A stretch of DNA of 33,158 nt from contig JBKOZJ010000095.1 of NCBI GenBank assembly GCA_046725875.1, forward strand, positions 1-33,158. Direction: 5' to 3'. The translations under genes and the position numbers were made by a program. The notes beneath the pieces were generated by a model. It saw only the letters and a list, made by a program, of their open reading frames with translations, was not told the DNA's origin and did no database searches. Within the stretch, counting starts at the first letter, position 1, and every line of letters starts with the position of its first letter. Positions 18,516 to 27,663 of this stretch are shown piece by piece. The stretch comes from Actinomycetota bacterium. GTDB lineage: Bacteria; Actinomycetota; Actinomycetes; JAKEEW01.

Positions 18516-19355
18516 ATGCTCGACGCCGATCCCGAGGCATCCGGAATGGTGCCGGCCGCCGCCGTCGACCACCAGAGCCTGCTGGAGGTCGCACTCGACG
18601 CGGCCACGCAGGCAGCCGCGTTCCTGGTCGACAAACGGCCGGCACGGGTCTACGTCGCGGCGACCAAGTCCAGCCCGACCGACGTGGTGACGGAGATGGA
18701 CCGGGCTGCCGAGCGCATGATCGTCGGTCTCATCAAGGAGCGGCGTCCCCACGACGGAGTCCTCGGCGAGGAGGGTGCCGACCGGCCCGGGTCGACCGGC
18801 GTGCGCTGGCTGGTCGATCCGATCGACGGGACCGTCAACTACCTCTACGGGCTGCCCGGGTGGTCGATAAGTATCGGCGCCGAGGTCGACGGGATAGTAC
18901 GGGTCGGAGTCGTCGCCGTGCCCACCTTTGGGAAGACGTACACCGGCCGGCAAGGCCAGGGTGCCTTCTGCAATGGGGAGGCTATCCAGTGCAACCCGGC
19001 CCCTGAGCTCGGCGAGGCGCTCGTTGGGACGGGGTTCGGCTACGAGGCACGGCGGCGCGAGCACCAAGCTGCCGTCATTCACCAACTGCTGCCGATGGTC
19101 CGCGACATCCGCAGGTTCGGCTCCTGCGCCGCCGACCTATGCGCACTGGCCTCCGGCAGCCTCGATGTGTACTTCGAGCGGGGGACCCAGCCCTGGGACT
19201 TCGCCGCCGGCGCGCTGATCGCTCGTGAGGCGGGCGCTCGGGTGGAGGGCATGCGCGGAGCGCTGCCATCGGAGGAGATGGTTCTTGCCGCGCCGCCGGG
19301 CCTGTTCGGACCAATGCACGACCTCCTTGTGTCGATGCGCGCGGACAGCGACTGA
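18516..19355 (+). CDS. Inositol monophosphatase family protein (SuhB-like)
   Basis: DVVTEMD, GEEG, DPIDGTVNY, WDFAAG. Confidence 0.93.
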   Translation: MLDADPEASGMVPAAAVDHQSLLEVALDAATQAAAFLVDKRPARVYVAATKSSPTDVVTEMDRAAERMIVGLIKERRPHDGVLGEEGADRPGSTGVRWLVDPIDGTVNYLYGLPGWSISIGAEVDGIVRVGVVAVPTFGKTYTGRQGQGAFCNGEAIQCNPAPELGEALVGTGFGYEARRREHQAAVIHQLLPMVRDIRRFGSCAADLCALASGSLDVYFERGTQPWDFAAGALIAREAGARVEGMRGALPSEEMVLAAPPGLFGPMHDLLVSMRADSD

Positions 19356-19383
19356 GCGCCGCCGGGAAGGAGATCGCGTACAC

Positions 19384-19686
19384 ATGGCCAGCAGAGTCAC
19401 GCCGCCAGGCCCCGGCCGGGTGGTGAGCGAGGACGAGATCATCGCCACGATGCGCGCGGAAGGTCTGACGCCGCACGGCTGGGGCAACGCGCCGGGTGAT
19501 ACGTACGGCTGGCACGAGCACCCTTATCACAAGGTGCTCTACTGCGTGCGCGGCTCGATCGTCTTCCATACACATGATGGCGATCTTGAGCTGCACCAAG
19601 GTGATCGGCTCGACCTCCCGCCGGCAACCAGCCACGCCGCGACCGTCGGTCCGGACGGGGTTCGCTGTGTCGAGGCGGCCAATTGA
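19384..19686 (+). CDS. Cupin domain protein
   Basis: WGNAPGDTYGWHEHPYHKVLYCVRGSI...GDRLDLP...HAA; AGGAG RBS upstream. Confidence 0.8.
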   Translation: MASRVTPPGPGRVVSEDEIIATMRAEGLTPHGWGNAPGDTYGWHEHPYHKVLYCVRGSIVFHTHDGDLELHQGDRLDLPPATSHAATVGPDGVRCVEAAN

Positions 19687-19827
19687 CCCCGTTGAGCGCC
19701 ATGTTTCAGGCAGCACGGTGGCATTGGGGGAGCGGCTTTTGAAGTTTATGGCGCGGCGTGGGTGGGGTAAGTAGCATTCTCCGCCGATGGAACTGGAACG
19801 ATCGTCTTGAGATTGTGCGATGGCTCG

Positions 19828-19853
19828 GGAATGTTCCGCCGAGCATCGGTGTT
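19828..19853 (+). promoter_or_regulatory. Candidate SigR/SigH-type promoter GGAAT-N18-GTT upstream of DUF4193
   Basis: GGAAT 19828-19832, 18-nt spacer, GTT 19851-19853 in a long intergenic region. Confidence 0.45.
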
Positions 19854-20130
19854 TGCAGCGAAACTCCAGGTCGGAGGCTTTGGTTGCGACACGACGCGTG
19901 GATCTTCCAAAGCGGCGCGTTTGGCCGTGATCGATAGGGAACAATCTCCGGCCCAGGAGGCGGCTTTGCGGGCACAAAGCAGGGCCGGCGGGAGTTACAA
20001 GCTTCCGGCGATGGCGTCGCCGGGCGACGAGCCCGGCCAAGCGCCGTGACAGTAATAGCGCGGCCTCACGAGGAGCACGAGCCACTTAGAGGGCTCCAAG
20101 CCGCATTGGACCCTATGTGGGGGAGAGGGC

Positions 20131-20430
20131 ATGGCGACCGACTACGACACCCCGCGTAAGACAGACGACGATCTCACTGAAGACAGCATCGAGGAGCTCA
20201 AGGCCCGGACTCGTCCGGATCTGGCTTCCGGTGTGGTTGACACGGACGAGAGTGAACTTGCCGAGAGCTTTGAGTTGCCTGGTGCCGACCTGTCGAACGA
20301 GGAGCTGAGCGTCCGGGTCCTGCCACGGCAGGCGGACGAATTCACCTGCTCCAAGTGCTTCTTGGTCCACCACCGCAGCCAGCTTGCACTGGAGCGCGAC
20401 GGCCAGCAGATCTGTGTGGACTGCGCGTGA
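20131..20430 (+). CDS. DUF4193 family protein
   Basis: MATDYDTPRK...ELPGADLSNEEL...DEFTCSKCFLVHHRSQL...CVDC. Confidence 0.93.
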   Translation: MATDYDTPRKTDDDLTEDSIEELKARTRPDLASGVVDTDESELAESFELPGADLSNEELSVRVLPRQADEFTCSKCFLVHHRSQLALERDGQQICVDCA

Positions 20431-22097
20431 CGTCCGGAGCGGCGATCGCGGGCATTCCCTTCGGCGCTCGTCCGTTCGACCGGCTTGCCGCTGAGCTGGT
20501 CGCCGACCAGCTCGCGGCGGAGCCGAATCTGGGCACGTTTCTCGGAGTGCCCGACTACGACGACCGGGTCGCCGACAAGAGCGTGACCGCGATCACCGAG
20601 CGTCAGCGCCGCGAAGATCTTTGGCTCGAGCGTTTCGGTGCGCTCGACGACGCCGACCTCGATCTTGACGAGCGTATCGACCGTGACCTGGTGCTCATGG
20701 TTTTGGCCGGCCGGCGGCTGATGCGGGACTGGTATGGCTGGCAGCGCAGCCCTGATGACTATGCCGGGAACATCCTCACCGGAGTGCAGCTCCTGTTGCT
20801 CAACCGGGACGCCGCCGACCCCGGCCGGTCGGCGGCGCTTACCGCCCGGCTGCACGGTGCAGCCGGGCTTTTGGCTCAAGGAGCGGCGAACCTCGATGCC
20901 GAGCTGGCAGCACCCGAGCTCGTCCGCCGCGGCATCGGCATGGCTCGGGCCGGTTCCGGCTATGTACGGACGATCGCCGGGCTCGTTCCGGAGGAAGACC
21001 GGCCAGCCGTCGGCGAGGCGGGTGAGCAGGCGGGTGCCGCGTTCGAACGGTTTGCTGACGTTCTAGAGGGGCTGGCTGAGAAAGCCACCGGCGCGTGGGC
21101 GGTCGGTGAGGAACGCTACGACGGCCTGCTGCGCAATGCCGAAGGTCTGAATTACGGTGCGCGCGAGATGCGCGAGCGCGGCCGGGCTGCTTGGGAGGAG
21201 CTCGCTGCCGACCTCCGCGGCCGCGCCAGGGAGCTACGAGGTGACGACGACTGGCGGGCACTGCTGGCGGAGCTCGACCGCGACCATCCGGCGACGCCTG
21301 AGCAGATGCTGGCTTCGTACAAGGAGGCGACCGAGGCGGCACGGGACTTCTGCCGCGAGAACGATCTAGTGACACTGCCCGCCGGAGAGGTCTGCCAAGT
21401 TCTGCCGTCCGAGCCATTCACCCGGCCGGTGCTTGCGGTCGCCCACTACATGGCGCCCCCGGCATTCTCGGCCCGGCCGCGCGTCGGGACGTTCTACGTC
21501 CCGTACCCGCCGGACGGCGCCTCCCCGGAACAGATCACGCAGCGCCTGTCCACCAACGCGTACTCGTCCCAGTGGACGATCGCGGTCCACGAGGCGTATC
21601 CGGGCCACCACTGGCATCTCGCCCATCTGACCGCTAACCAGCGCCGACCGCTCCGCTACGTCTTCGGATCGGCGTATTTCACCGAGGGCTGGGGCCTGTA
21701 CGTCGAGGAGATGATGAAGGAGCAGGGTTTCTTCCCGCACCGGCAGGCCGAGCTGCGTCAGGTTGACATGCGGCTGTTCCGCGCCGCCCGCATCGTCGTA
21801 GACACGTCGCTCCACCTTGGCGAGATGACCGTCGACCAGGCGGTGGAGCACATGTCCACCAAGGCGTCGCTCTCCGAAGATACGGCCCGGGCGGAGGTCC
21901 TGCGATACTGCGCCTGGCCGACCCAGGCTGCGTCCTACCTGACCGGTGCACTGGAAATCCAGCGGATGCGTGACGACTGGCTGCATCAAGCGCGCGGCAG
22001 CTTGCGAGACTTCCACGATCTCGTTGCCGGGACCGGCCGGCTGCCGATCTCGCTGGTCGATCACTACCTTGCCGCGACCGCGCCGAAGGACGCCTAG
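20427..22097 (+). CDS. DUF885 family protein (putative metallopeptidase)
   Basis: HEAYPGHH, FTEGWGLYVE, RAARIVVD, PTQAASYLTG, LRDFHD; GTG overlaps the DUF4193 stop (GTGA). Confidence 0.88.
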   Translation: MTSGAAIAGIPFGARPFDRLAAELVADQLAAEPNLGTFLGVPDYDDRVADKSVTAITERQRREDLWLERFGALDDADLDLDERIDRDLVLMVLAGRRLMRDWYGWQRSPDDYAGNILTGVQLLLLNRDAADPGRSAALTARLHGAAGLLAQGAANLDAELAAPELVRRGIGMARAGSGYVRTIAGLVPEEDRPAVGEAGEQAGAAFERFADVLEGLAEKATGAWAVGEERYDGLLRNAEGLNYGAREMRERGRAAWEELAADLRGRARELRGDDDWRALLAELDRDHPATPEQMLASYKEATEAARDFCRENDLVTLPAGEVCQVLPSEPFTRPVLAVAHYMAPPAFSARPRVGTFYVPYPPDGASPEQITQRLSTNAYSSQWTIAVHEAYPGHHWHLAHLTANQRRPLRYVFGSAYFTEGWGLYVEEMMKEQGFFPHRQAELRQVDMRLFRAARIVVDTSLHLGEMTVDQAVEHMSTKASLSEDTARAEVLRYCAWPTQAASYLTGALEIQRMRDDWLHQARGSLRDFHDLVAGTGRLPISLVDHYLAATAPKDA

Positions 22098-22108
22098 CGC
22101 AGCCGTAC

Positions 22109-22888
22109 TCAGATCTCGTCAATCAAGTCCGCGACGGAGGCGACCACCCGGCTCGGCCGGTACGGGAACCGGTCGACGTCAGCGAGCTTGGTCACCCCCG
22201 AGAGGACGAGGATCGTCTCGAGCCCGGCCTCCATGCCGGCGATGACATCGGTGTCCATTCGATCGCCAACCATGGCGGTCGTCTCGCTGTGCCCTTCCAC
22301 CGTGTTCAGTGCGCTGCGCATCATGAGCGGGTTCGGCTTCCCAACGAAGTAGGGCTCAACCCCGGTGGCCTTGGTGATCAGCGCCGCTACCGACCCAGTG
22401 GCGGGCAGTGCGCCGTCAGTCGACGCTCCGGCCGGGTCGGGGTTGGTCGCGATGAACCGGGCGCCGCCGTCCACCAGCCGGATTGCCTTCGTGATGGCCT
22501 CGAAGGAGTATGTGCGGGTCTCGCCGAGGACCACGTAGTCGGGATCGGCATCGGTCAGCACATAGTCGATCTCGTGGAGGGCGGTGGTCAGGCCTGCCTC
22601 GCCGATAGCGTAGGCCGTGCCATGGGGTCGCTGGCTGTCGAGGAACTGCGCGGCCGCCAGCGCCGATGTCCAGATCGCCGTAACCGGTACCGGCAGTCCG
22701 GCCCGGCTCAGCCGCGCATGCAGGTCCCGAGGCGTGAAGATCGAGTTGTTGGTGAGCACGAGAAACCGCTTCCCGGACCGGGCAAGTCGCCGGACGAACT
22801 CTTCGGCGCCATGCAGAGGCACCCCCTCGTCGACCAATACGCCGTCCATATCGATCAGCCAGCACTCGGCGGGCTTCCGCTCGCTCAT
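22109..22888 (-). CDS. HAD-IIA family hydrolase (NagD-like)
   Basis: DMDGVL, LTNNS, ATNPD, GKPNP, GDRMDTD, LVLSG. Confidence 0.93.
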   Translation of the reverse strand: MSERKPAECWLIDMDGVLVDEGVPLHGAEEFVRRLARSGKRFLVLTNNSIFTPRDLHARLSRAGLPVPVTAIWTSALAAAQFLDSQRPHGTAYAIGEAGLTTALHEIDYVLTDADPDYVVLGETRTYSFEAITKAIRLVDGGARFIATNPDPAGASTDGALPATGSVAALITKATGVEPYFVGKPNPLMMRSALNTVEGHSETTAMVGDRMDTDVIAGMEAGLETILVLSGVTKLADVDRFPYRPSRVVASVADLIDEI

Positions 22889-23007
22889 GCCACCAATCGT
22901 GGCATCCGACCCGCGGCGAAGCTGTCGCTTGTGTTGCCGGCGGGAAAACTAGTGGCCAAGCCCCGCCGCGGACCGGCGGGGCCGACCGAGCGGTAGTGTC
23001 GGCGACC

Positions 23008-23619
23008 GTGACCCGCGCAATGCCAGGTGGACCAGACTCGGTGGCCAATCCCGATGTCAAGGACGCGGAAGTGGACGTGGCTCACCGCCATCCAGACGCG
23101 CCAGCACCCGGCGAGCAGATCAGCTCCCACTATCACCGGTGCTTCGGATGCGGCGACGACCACCCGACCGGGATGCACATGCATGTCACAGCGGGGGACG
23201 GCCTCACCATCACTGCTAGCTTCGCCGTCACCGAGGACCACCAGGGCGCGCCGGGATTGGCGCACGGTGGTGTGCTAACCGCAGCGTTCGATGAGGCCCT
23301 CGGCTCGCTGGCCTGGCTGCTGCGCAAGCCCATGGTCACCGGCCGGCTGGAGACCGACTTCCTGCGACCGGTACCCGTCGGCACCACCTTGTCGATTCTC
23401 GCCCGGGTCGACGCGGTGGCCGGACGTAAGATCTACACGAGCGCGGTCGGCCGACTGGGTGGCCCGGGCGGTCGGGTGGCCGTGCGGGCAACCGCGGTCT
23501 TCGTAACGGTCGGGATGGAGCATTTCCTGGAGCACGGGCGCAGCGAAGAAGTTACGGCCGCGCTCAACCGCGAGGACGTGCGTGCGGCCGCCCGGAGGGC
23601 CTTCGATGTCAATCCCTGA
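23008..23619 (+). CDS. PaaI family thioesterase (hotdog fold)
   Basis: [16 protein letters not shown]...FDE, GRKI, ends DVNP; start 23008 or 22996. Confidence 0.88.
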   Translation: MTRAMPGGPDSVANPDVKDAEVDVAHRHPDAPAPGEQISSHYHRCFGCGDDHPTGMHMHVTAGDGLTITASFAVTEDHQGAPGLAHGGVLTAAFDEALGSLAWLLRKPMVTGRLETDFLRPVPVGTTLSILARVDAVAGRKIYTSAVGRLGGPGGRVAVRATAVFVTVGMEHFLEHGRSEEVTAALNREDVRAAARRAFDVNP

Positions 23620-24133
23620 CCAGACATATCCCCAGAGCAGCCGCGTCGACGTACTGGTCCAGCGACTCGACCCGGACCTTCCGCTCCCGTCCTACGCGCA
23701 TCCCGGGGACGCCGGGGCGGACTTGTGTACGGCAATCGACGTCGAGCTGCCGCCCGGCGAGCGGGCGCTGGTGCCGACCGGCGTCGCGATTGCACTGCCG
23801 GATGGTTATGCGGCCTTCGTGCATCCGCGCTCGGGGCTCGGTCATCGACTCGGTGTCAGCATCGTGAACACACCAGGCACCATCGACGCCGGTTATCGTG
23901 GGGAGATCAAGGTCATCCTGGTCAACCACGACCTGCGCGAGCCGGCCGCATTCAAGCGCGGTGACCGGATTGCCCAGCTGGTGATCCAGCGGGTGGAACG
24001 GGCTTCCTTTCATGAGGTCGCCATGCTTCCCGGGTCAGCCCGGGGCAATGGTGGGTACGGTTCGACCGGCGGCTTCTCCGCGTCAGGAAGCCCACACGCA
24101 GCCGTGACTGCCCCCGCACAACCGAGGAAGTGA
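23606..24133 (+). CDS. dut: dUTP diphosphatase
   Basis: [40 protein letters not shown]. Confidence 0.97.
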   Translation: MSIPDQTYPQSSRVDVLVQRLDPDLPLPSYAHPGDAGADLCTAIDVELPPGERALVPTGVAIALPDGYAAFVHPRSGLGHRLGVSIVNTPGTIDAGYRGEIKVILVNHDLREPAAFKRGDRIAQLVIQRVERASFHEVAMLPGSARGNGGYGSTGGFSASGSPHAAVTAPAQPRK

Positions 24134-24882
24134 GAGAAGTGGTCTTTCGCCGGCGCCGGCAGCGGGATGCCGAAGGCGCCCCGGACGCGGGCGCCGATTC
24201 GTCCGACACATACGACGAATCGATGGCTGCCGATGACCTTCTGGACGCTGACCTTGCCCGGCCCGCCCACGGGCCATGGGACGTCGCCGACCTGGACGAT
24301 CCGGCCAAAGGTCGGGTCGACCTGGGTGGCCTGCTCATCCCGGCCGTTCAAGGAATGGAGCTGCGCGCCGACATCGCCGACGACCGCGTCGTTGCTGCGA
24401 CGGTCGTCCTCATGGACAGCATGATCCAGCTGCAGCCCTTCGCCGCGCCGCGAAGTCAGGGGATCTGGGACGAGGTACGCGGCGAGCTCGCAGCGAGCGT
24501 CACGAAACAAGGTGGGACGGTCGACGAAAGTACTGGGCCGTTCGGTCCCGAGCTTCGAGCGCGAGTGTCGGTGACCTCACCGGATGGTAAGAAGGGAACG
24601 CAGCTCGCTCGATTCGTGGGAGTGGACGGACCTCGTTGGTTCCTCCGGGCCGTCATCACCGGCAAGGCAGCCACCGAACCGGCGCCCGCCCGTCGGGTGG
24701 AGGACCTGCTGCGCGACGTGGTCGTCGTCCGGGGCGGGTCGCCGATGGCGCCGCGGGACGCCATCCCGCTCCGGCTGCCCGAGGAAGGCGCGCAGTCCTC
24801 CCTCGGCACCACCGAAAGCGGAGCCCAGCGCCCACCCTTGGACCCCTTCCGCCGTGGCCCCGAGATCACCGAGGTCCGCTGA
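24130..24882 (+). CDS. DUF3710 domain protein
   Basis: [45 protein letters not shown]; follows dut. Confidence 0.9.
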   Translation: MREVVFRRRRQRDAEGAPDAGADSSDTYDESMAADDLLDADLARPAHGPWDVADLDDPAKGRVDLGGLLIPAVQGMELRADIADDRVVAATVVLMDSMIQLQPFAAPRSQGIWDEVRGELAASVTKQGGTVDESTGPFGPELRARVSVTSPDGKKGTQLARFVGVDGPRWFLRAVITGKAATEPAPARRVEDLLRDVVVVRGGSPMAPRDAIPLRLPEEGAQSSLGTTESGAQRPPLDPFRRGPEITEVR

Positions 24883-24903
24883 GCCGCCACTATCCTTGAC
24901 TTT

Positions 24904-25275
24904 ATGGAACGTCCGCTGCGAAAGATCTTCAAACGGCTCACCTCAAGCGATGAGCAGCTCGAGGCGGAGGAGCTGCTCGAGGAGACGCAGGAACGTGGCG
25001 CGACCCCGGTAGTCCGCTGTCGGGACCGCGACCGCGTGACCGTTTCCGGCACCTTGCGTACTGTGACATTGCGCCCTCGGGCGGGCGTGCCCGCGCTCGA
25101 GGCCGAGCTGTACGACGGATCCGGCACAGTGTCACTCGTGTGGCTCGGCCGGCGGCGGGTGCCGGGGATTGAACCCGGACGGGTCATCGTCGCCGAGGGC
25201 CGAATCACTTACCATCAGGGCGGGCCTGTGATCTACAACCCTCGGTACGAGCTGCGTGCGGTCGGTGCTGCGTGA
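24904..25275 (+). CDS. OB-fold nucleic acid-binding domain protein
   Basis: LEAELYDGSG...VWLGRRRVPGIEPG...IYNPRYEL; TATCCT -10 element 7 nt upstream. Confidence 0.88.
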   Translation: MERPLRKIFKRLTSSDEQLEAEELLEETQERGATPVVRCRDRDRVTVSGTLRTVTLRPRAGVPALEAELYDGSGTVSLVWLGRRRVPGIEPGRVIVAEGRITYHQGGPVIYNPRYELRAVGAA

Positions 25276-25407
25276 GGGAGCGTGGCGACCGAATAACGAG
25301 CAGGTCACTCATCACCTCGCCCAGGGGAGGGAGGCACCGTGAGCGAGCGCAGCGAGCGAACAATCGAGCAGACAATGCGTCACCTAGCCTCCGGAGGAGC
25401 TACGTGA
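25272..25407 (+). repeat. Two tandem ~66-bp imperfect repeat units (67 + 65 bp) bounded by GTGA
   Basis: GTGAGGGAGCGTGGCGACCGAATAA-CGAGCAG (25272) vs GTGAGCGAGCGCAGCGAGCGAACAATCGAGCAG (25339); both continue TCACCTxGCC...GGAGG...CGTGA. Confidence 0.8.
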
Positions 25408-26090
25408 CTGACGTCCGGAGCACGCCCGCGACCCAACCGATCGGTGTCGACACCGTCGAGGCGATCGTGCGCCAGCAACTCGGCAAGGCGCTCGGCGGCA
25501 AGCGCGGCTCGATCGAGGCGGCGGTGCCGACGGCTACCTTCGCCCTCGCCTGGGTCGTCACCCACCAGCTGCCCCTCGCCCTCGGCCTCAGCGTCGGGGC
25601 CGCGGTAGGTCTGCTGGCTGCCCGGCTCGTCCAGCGGCAGACCACGCAGTTCGTAATGAACAGCTTGTTCGGCATCGGCATCGCCGCGATCTTCGCGCTC
25701 CGATCCGGTCGCGCCGAGGACGCCTTCCTACCTGGCATCCTGTACAACGCCGTGGTCGCGGCCGCGCTGCTCCTGTCGATCGCGGTTCGCTGGCCGCTTA
25801 TCGGCTTCCTGCTCGGGTCGGTCACGGGCGACCCGACCAGCTGGCGCAAGGATCCGGCCATCGTCAAGCTATGCACGAAGCTGACCTGGCTCTTTGTGCT
25901 CCCGAACGTGATCCGCGTGGCCATCCAATGGCCGATTTATCTCACCGGCAACGTCGGCCTGCTGGCGGCCGCCAAGATCGCGCTCGGCTGGCCGCTGTTC
26001 CTCGGCGCGTTTACCCTGATGCTCGCCGTGCTTGCTCGCGGCCAGACCCCGGTGGCAGCCCAACCGTCAAACGCCGAGCCGGCTCACTGA
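25404..26090 (+). CDS. DUF3159 membrane protein
   Basis: ALGGKRGSIEAAVP, SGRAEDAFLPGI, RWPLIGF, AKIALGWP; GGAGG RBS upstream of GTG 25404. Confidence 0.9.
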   Translation: MTDVRSTPATQPIGVDTVEAIVRQQLGKALGGKRGSIEAAVPTATFALAWVVTHQLPLALGLSVGAAVGLLAARLVQRQTTQFVMNSLFGIGIAAIFALRSGRAEDAFLPGILYNAVVAAALLLSIAVRWPLIGFLLGSVTGDPTSWRKDPAIVKLCTKLTWLFVLPNVIRVAIQWPIYLTGNVGLLAAAKIALGWPLFLGAFTLMLAVLARGQTPVAAQPSNAEPAH

Positions 26091-26102
26091 CGGCCGGCGC
26101 CG

Positions 26103-26762
26103 CTAATGCGGGGCCAACAAGCTTTCTAGCTGCTCTTCGCGGTCCGCCGTGGCGACGAAGAGAAGCTCGTCGCCGGCTTCCAGCGGGTGGTCCTTGTCGG
26201 GGACCAGGACGCGGCCCTCGCGGATGATCGTGACGAGGGCGGTGTCGGTCGGCCACTCCACGTCGCCGACCCGGGTACCCACAATGGGCGCACCGGGCGG
26301 AAGCGTCAGCTCGACGAGGTTGGCCTCGCCCTGACTGAAGCGGAGCAACCGGACGAGGTCGCCTACGCTGACCGCCTCCTCGACGAGCGCCGAGAGCAGC
26401 CTGGGGGTGGAGACTGAGACGTCGACGCCCCACGCCTCATTGAACAACCATTCGTTGTTGGGATGGTTCACCCGGGCCACCACGCGCGGGACTCCGAACT
26501 CGGTTTTGGCGAGCAGCGAGACGACCAGGTTGACCTTGTCGTCGCCGGTCGCCGCGATGACGACCTGGCAGCGCTGGAGGGCCGCCTCATCCAAGGATGA
26601 GATCTCGCACGCGTCGGCGAGCAGCCATTCCGCGTTCGGGACGCTGTCTACCTTGATGGCGTGCGGGTCCCTGTCGATGAGCAGGACCTCGTGGTCGTTC
26701 TCGAGCAATTCGGTGGCGATCGAGCGGCCGACGGCGCCCGCTCCGGCGATGGCGACGCGCAT
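26103..26762 (-). CDS. trkA: TrkA family potassium uptake protein (second copy)
   Basis: MRVAIAGAGAVG Rossmann motif, TGDDKVNLV, TrkA-C domain. Confidence 0.93.
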   Translation of the reverse strand: MRVAIAGAGAVGRSIATELLENDHEVLLIDRDPHAIKVDSVPNAEWLLADACEISSLDEAALQRCQVVIAATGDDKVNLVVSLLAKTEFGVPRVVARVNHPNNEWLFNEAWGVDVSVSTPRLLSALVEEAVSVGDLVRLLRFSQGEANLVELTLPPGAPIVGTRVGDVEWPTDTALVTIIREGRVLVPDKDHPLEAGDELLFVATADREEQLESLLAPH

Positions 26763-27424
26763 CAGTGCTCCTCGGGCCCCTTGCCGAATACCCGTTCCAC
26801 CGTGGCCGCGTCCGACTCCCGCATGATCACATGGACCAGGTCGCCGTCTTGAAGCACCGTGTCGGAAGCCGGAACCAGGCCGGTTCCGAGCCTGGTGACG
26901 AAGGCGACCCGGCAGCCGGCGGCGGCTTCGAGGTCGCGGAGGGGGTGGCCGATCCACGCTTCGGCGATGTGGACCTCGGCCAGCCTTATGGTGCCGCTCG
27001 GGTCCCGCCACTCCGGCACTGAGCCCTCCGGCAGTAGGCGGCGCACCATCTGGTCGGCAGTCCAGGGAACGGTGGCGACGGTCGGGATGCCGAGCCGCTG
27101 ATAGACCTCGGCGCGACGGGGGTCTTTGATGCGAGCCACTACGTTCTCGACGCCGAACGTCTCCCTTGCCACCCGGGCGGTGATGATGTTCGAGTTGTCA
27201 CCGCTGCTGACCGCCGCGAGCGCGGCGGCCCGCTCGATGCCCGACTCGAGCAGCGTGTCGCGGTCGAACCCGACACCGGTGACCCGCCGGCCGTTGAAGT
27301 GGCCGCCGAGCCGGCGGAACGCGTCCGGGTTCTGGTCGATGATCGCGACCGAGTGTCCGCGATCCTCGAGGATGTGGGCGAGCGTGGACCCGACCCGGCC
27401 GCATCCCATGATCACGATGTGCAC
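26762..27424 (-). CDS. trkA: TrkA family potassium uptake protein (first copy)
   Basis: MHIVIMGCGRVG, SSGDNSNI, TrkA-C; stop overlaps the next ATG. Confidence 0.93.
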   Translation of the reverse strand: MHIVIMGCGRVGSTLAHILEDRGHSVAIIDQNPDAFRRLGGHFNGRRVTGVGFDRDTLLESGIERAAALAAVSSGDNSNIITARVARETFGVENVVARIKDPRRAEVYQRLGIPTVATVPWTADQMVRRLLPEGSVPEWRDPSGTIRLAEVHIAEAWIGHPLRDLEAAAGCRVAFVTRLGTGLVPASDTVLQDGDLVHVIMRESDAATVERVFGKGPEEH

Positions 27425-27454
27425 AGCCGTCCTTCCGTCCTCATCGCCCCCAAC

Positions 27455-27487
27455 CGCGGGCGCGGCAAACCGGCCCGCGTTTTCTTT
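27455..27487 (+). terminator. Intrinsic terminator-like hairpin + U-tract on + strand
   Basis: CGCGGGC-g-CGG-CAAA-CCG-GCCCGCG followed by TTTTCTTT. Confidence 0.5.
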
Positions 27488-27663
27488 CGTACAACAGATC
27501 TGGCTTGACGCTACACGCAGCGGGCACTAGCAGAGCCGTGGTCAGGCTGGAACATCCACTGGCGCGAAGCGCCAGCTTGCGCAACGACCTCCGACGCGTG
27601 GCAGAACGCTGCCGGACCGCTCTGGACAGGCAAAGCGGTCCGGCAGTGTCCTAGCATCCAGAC

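Noticed and set aside
27425..27663. c-di-AMP (ydaO) riboswitch upstream of the KimA-like permease
   Set aside because: I cannot see the conserved motif, the gene looks leaderless, and the terminator has no room for an aptamer upstream; an Infernal search would settle it.
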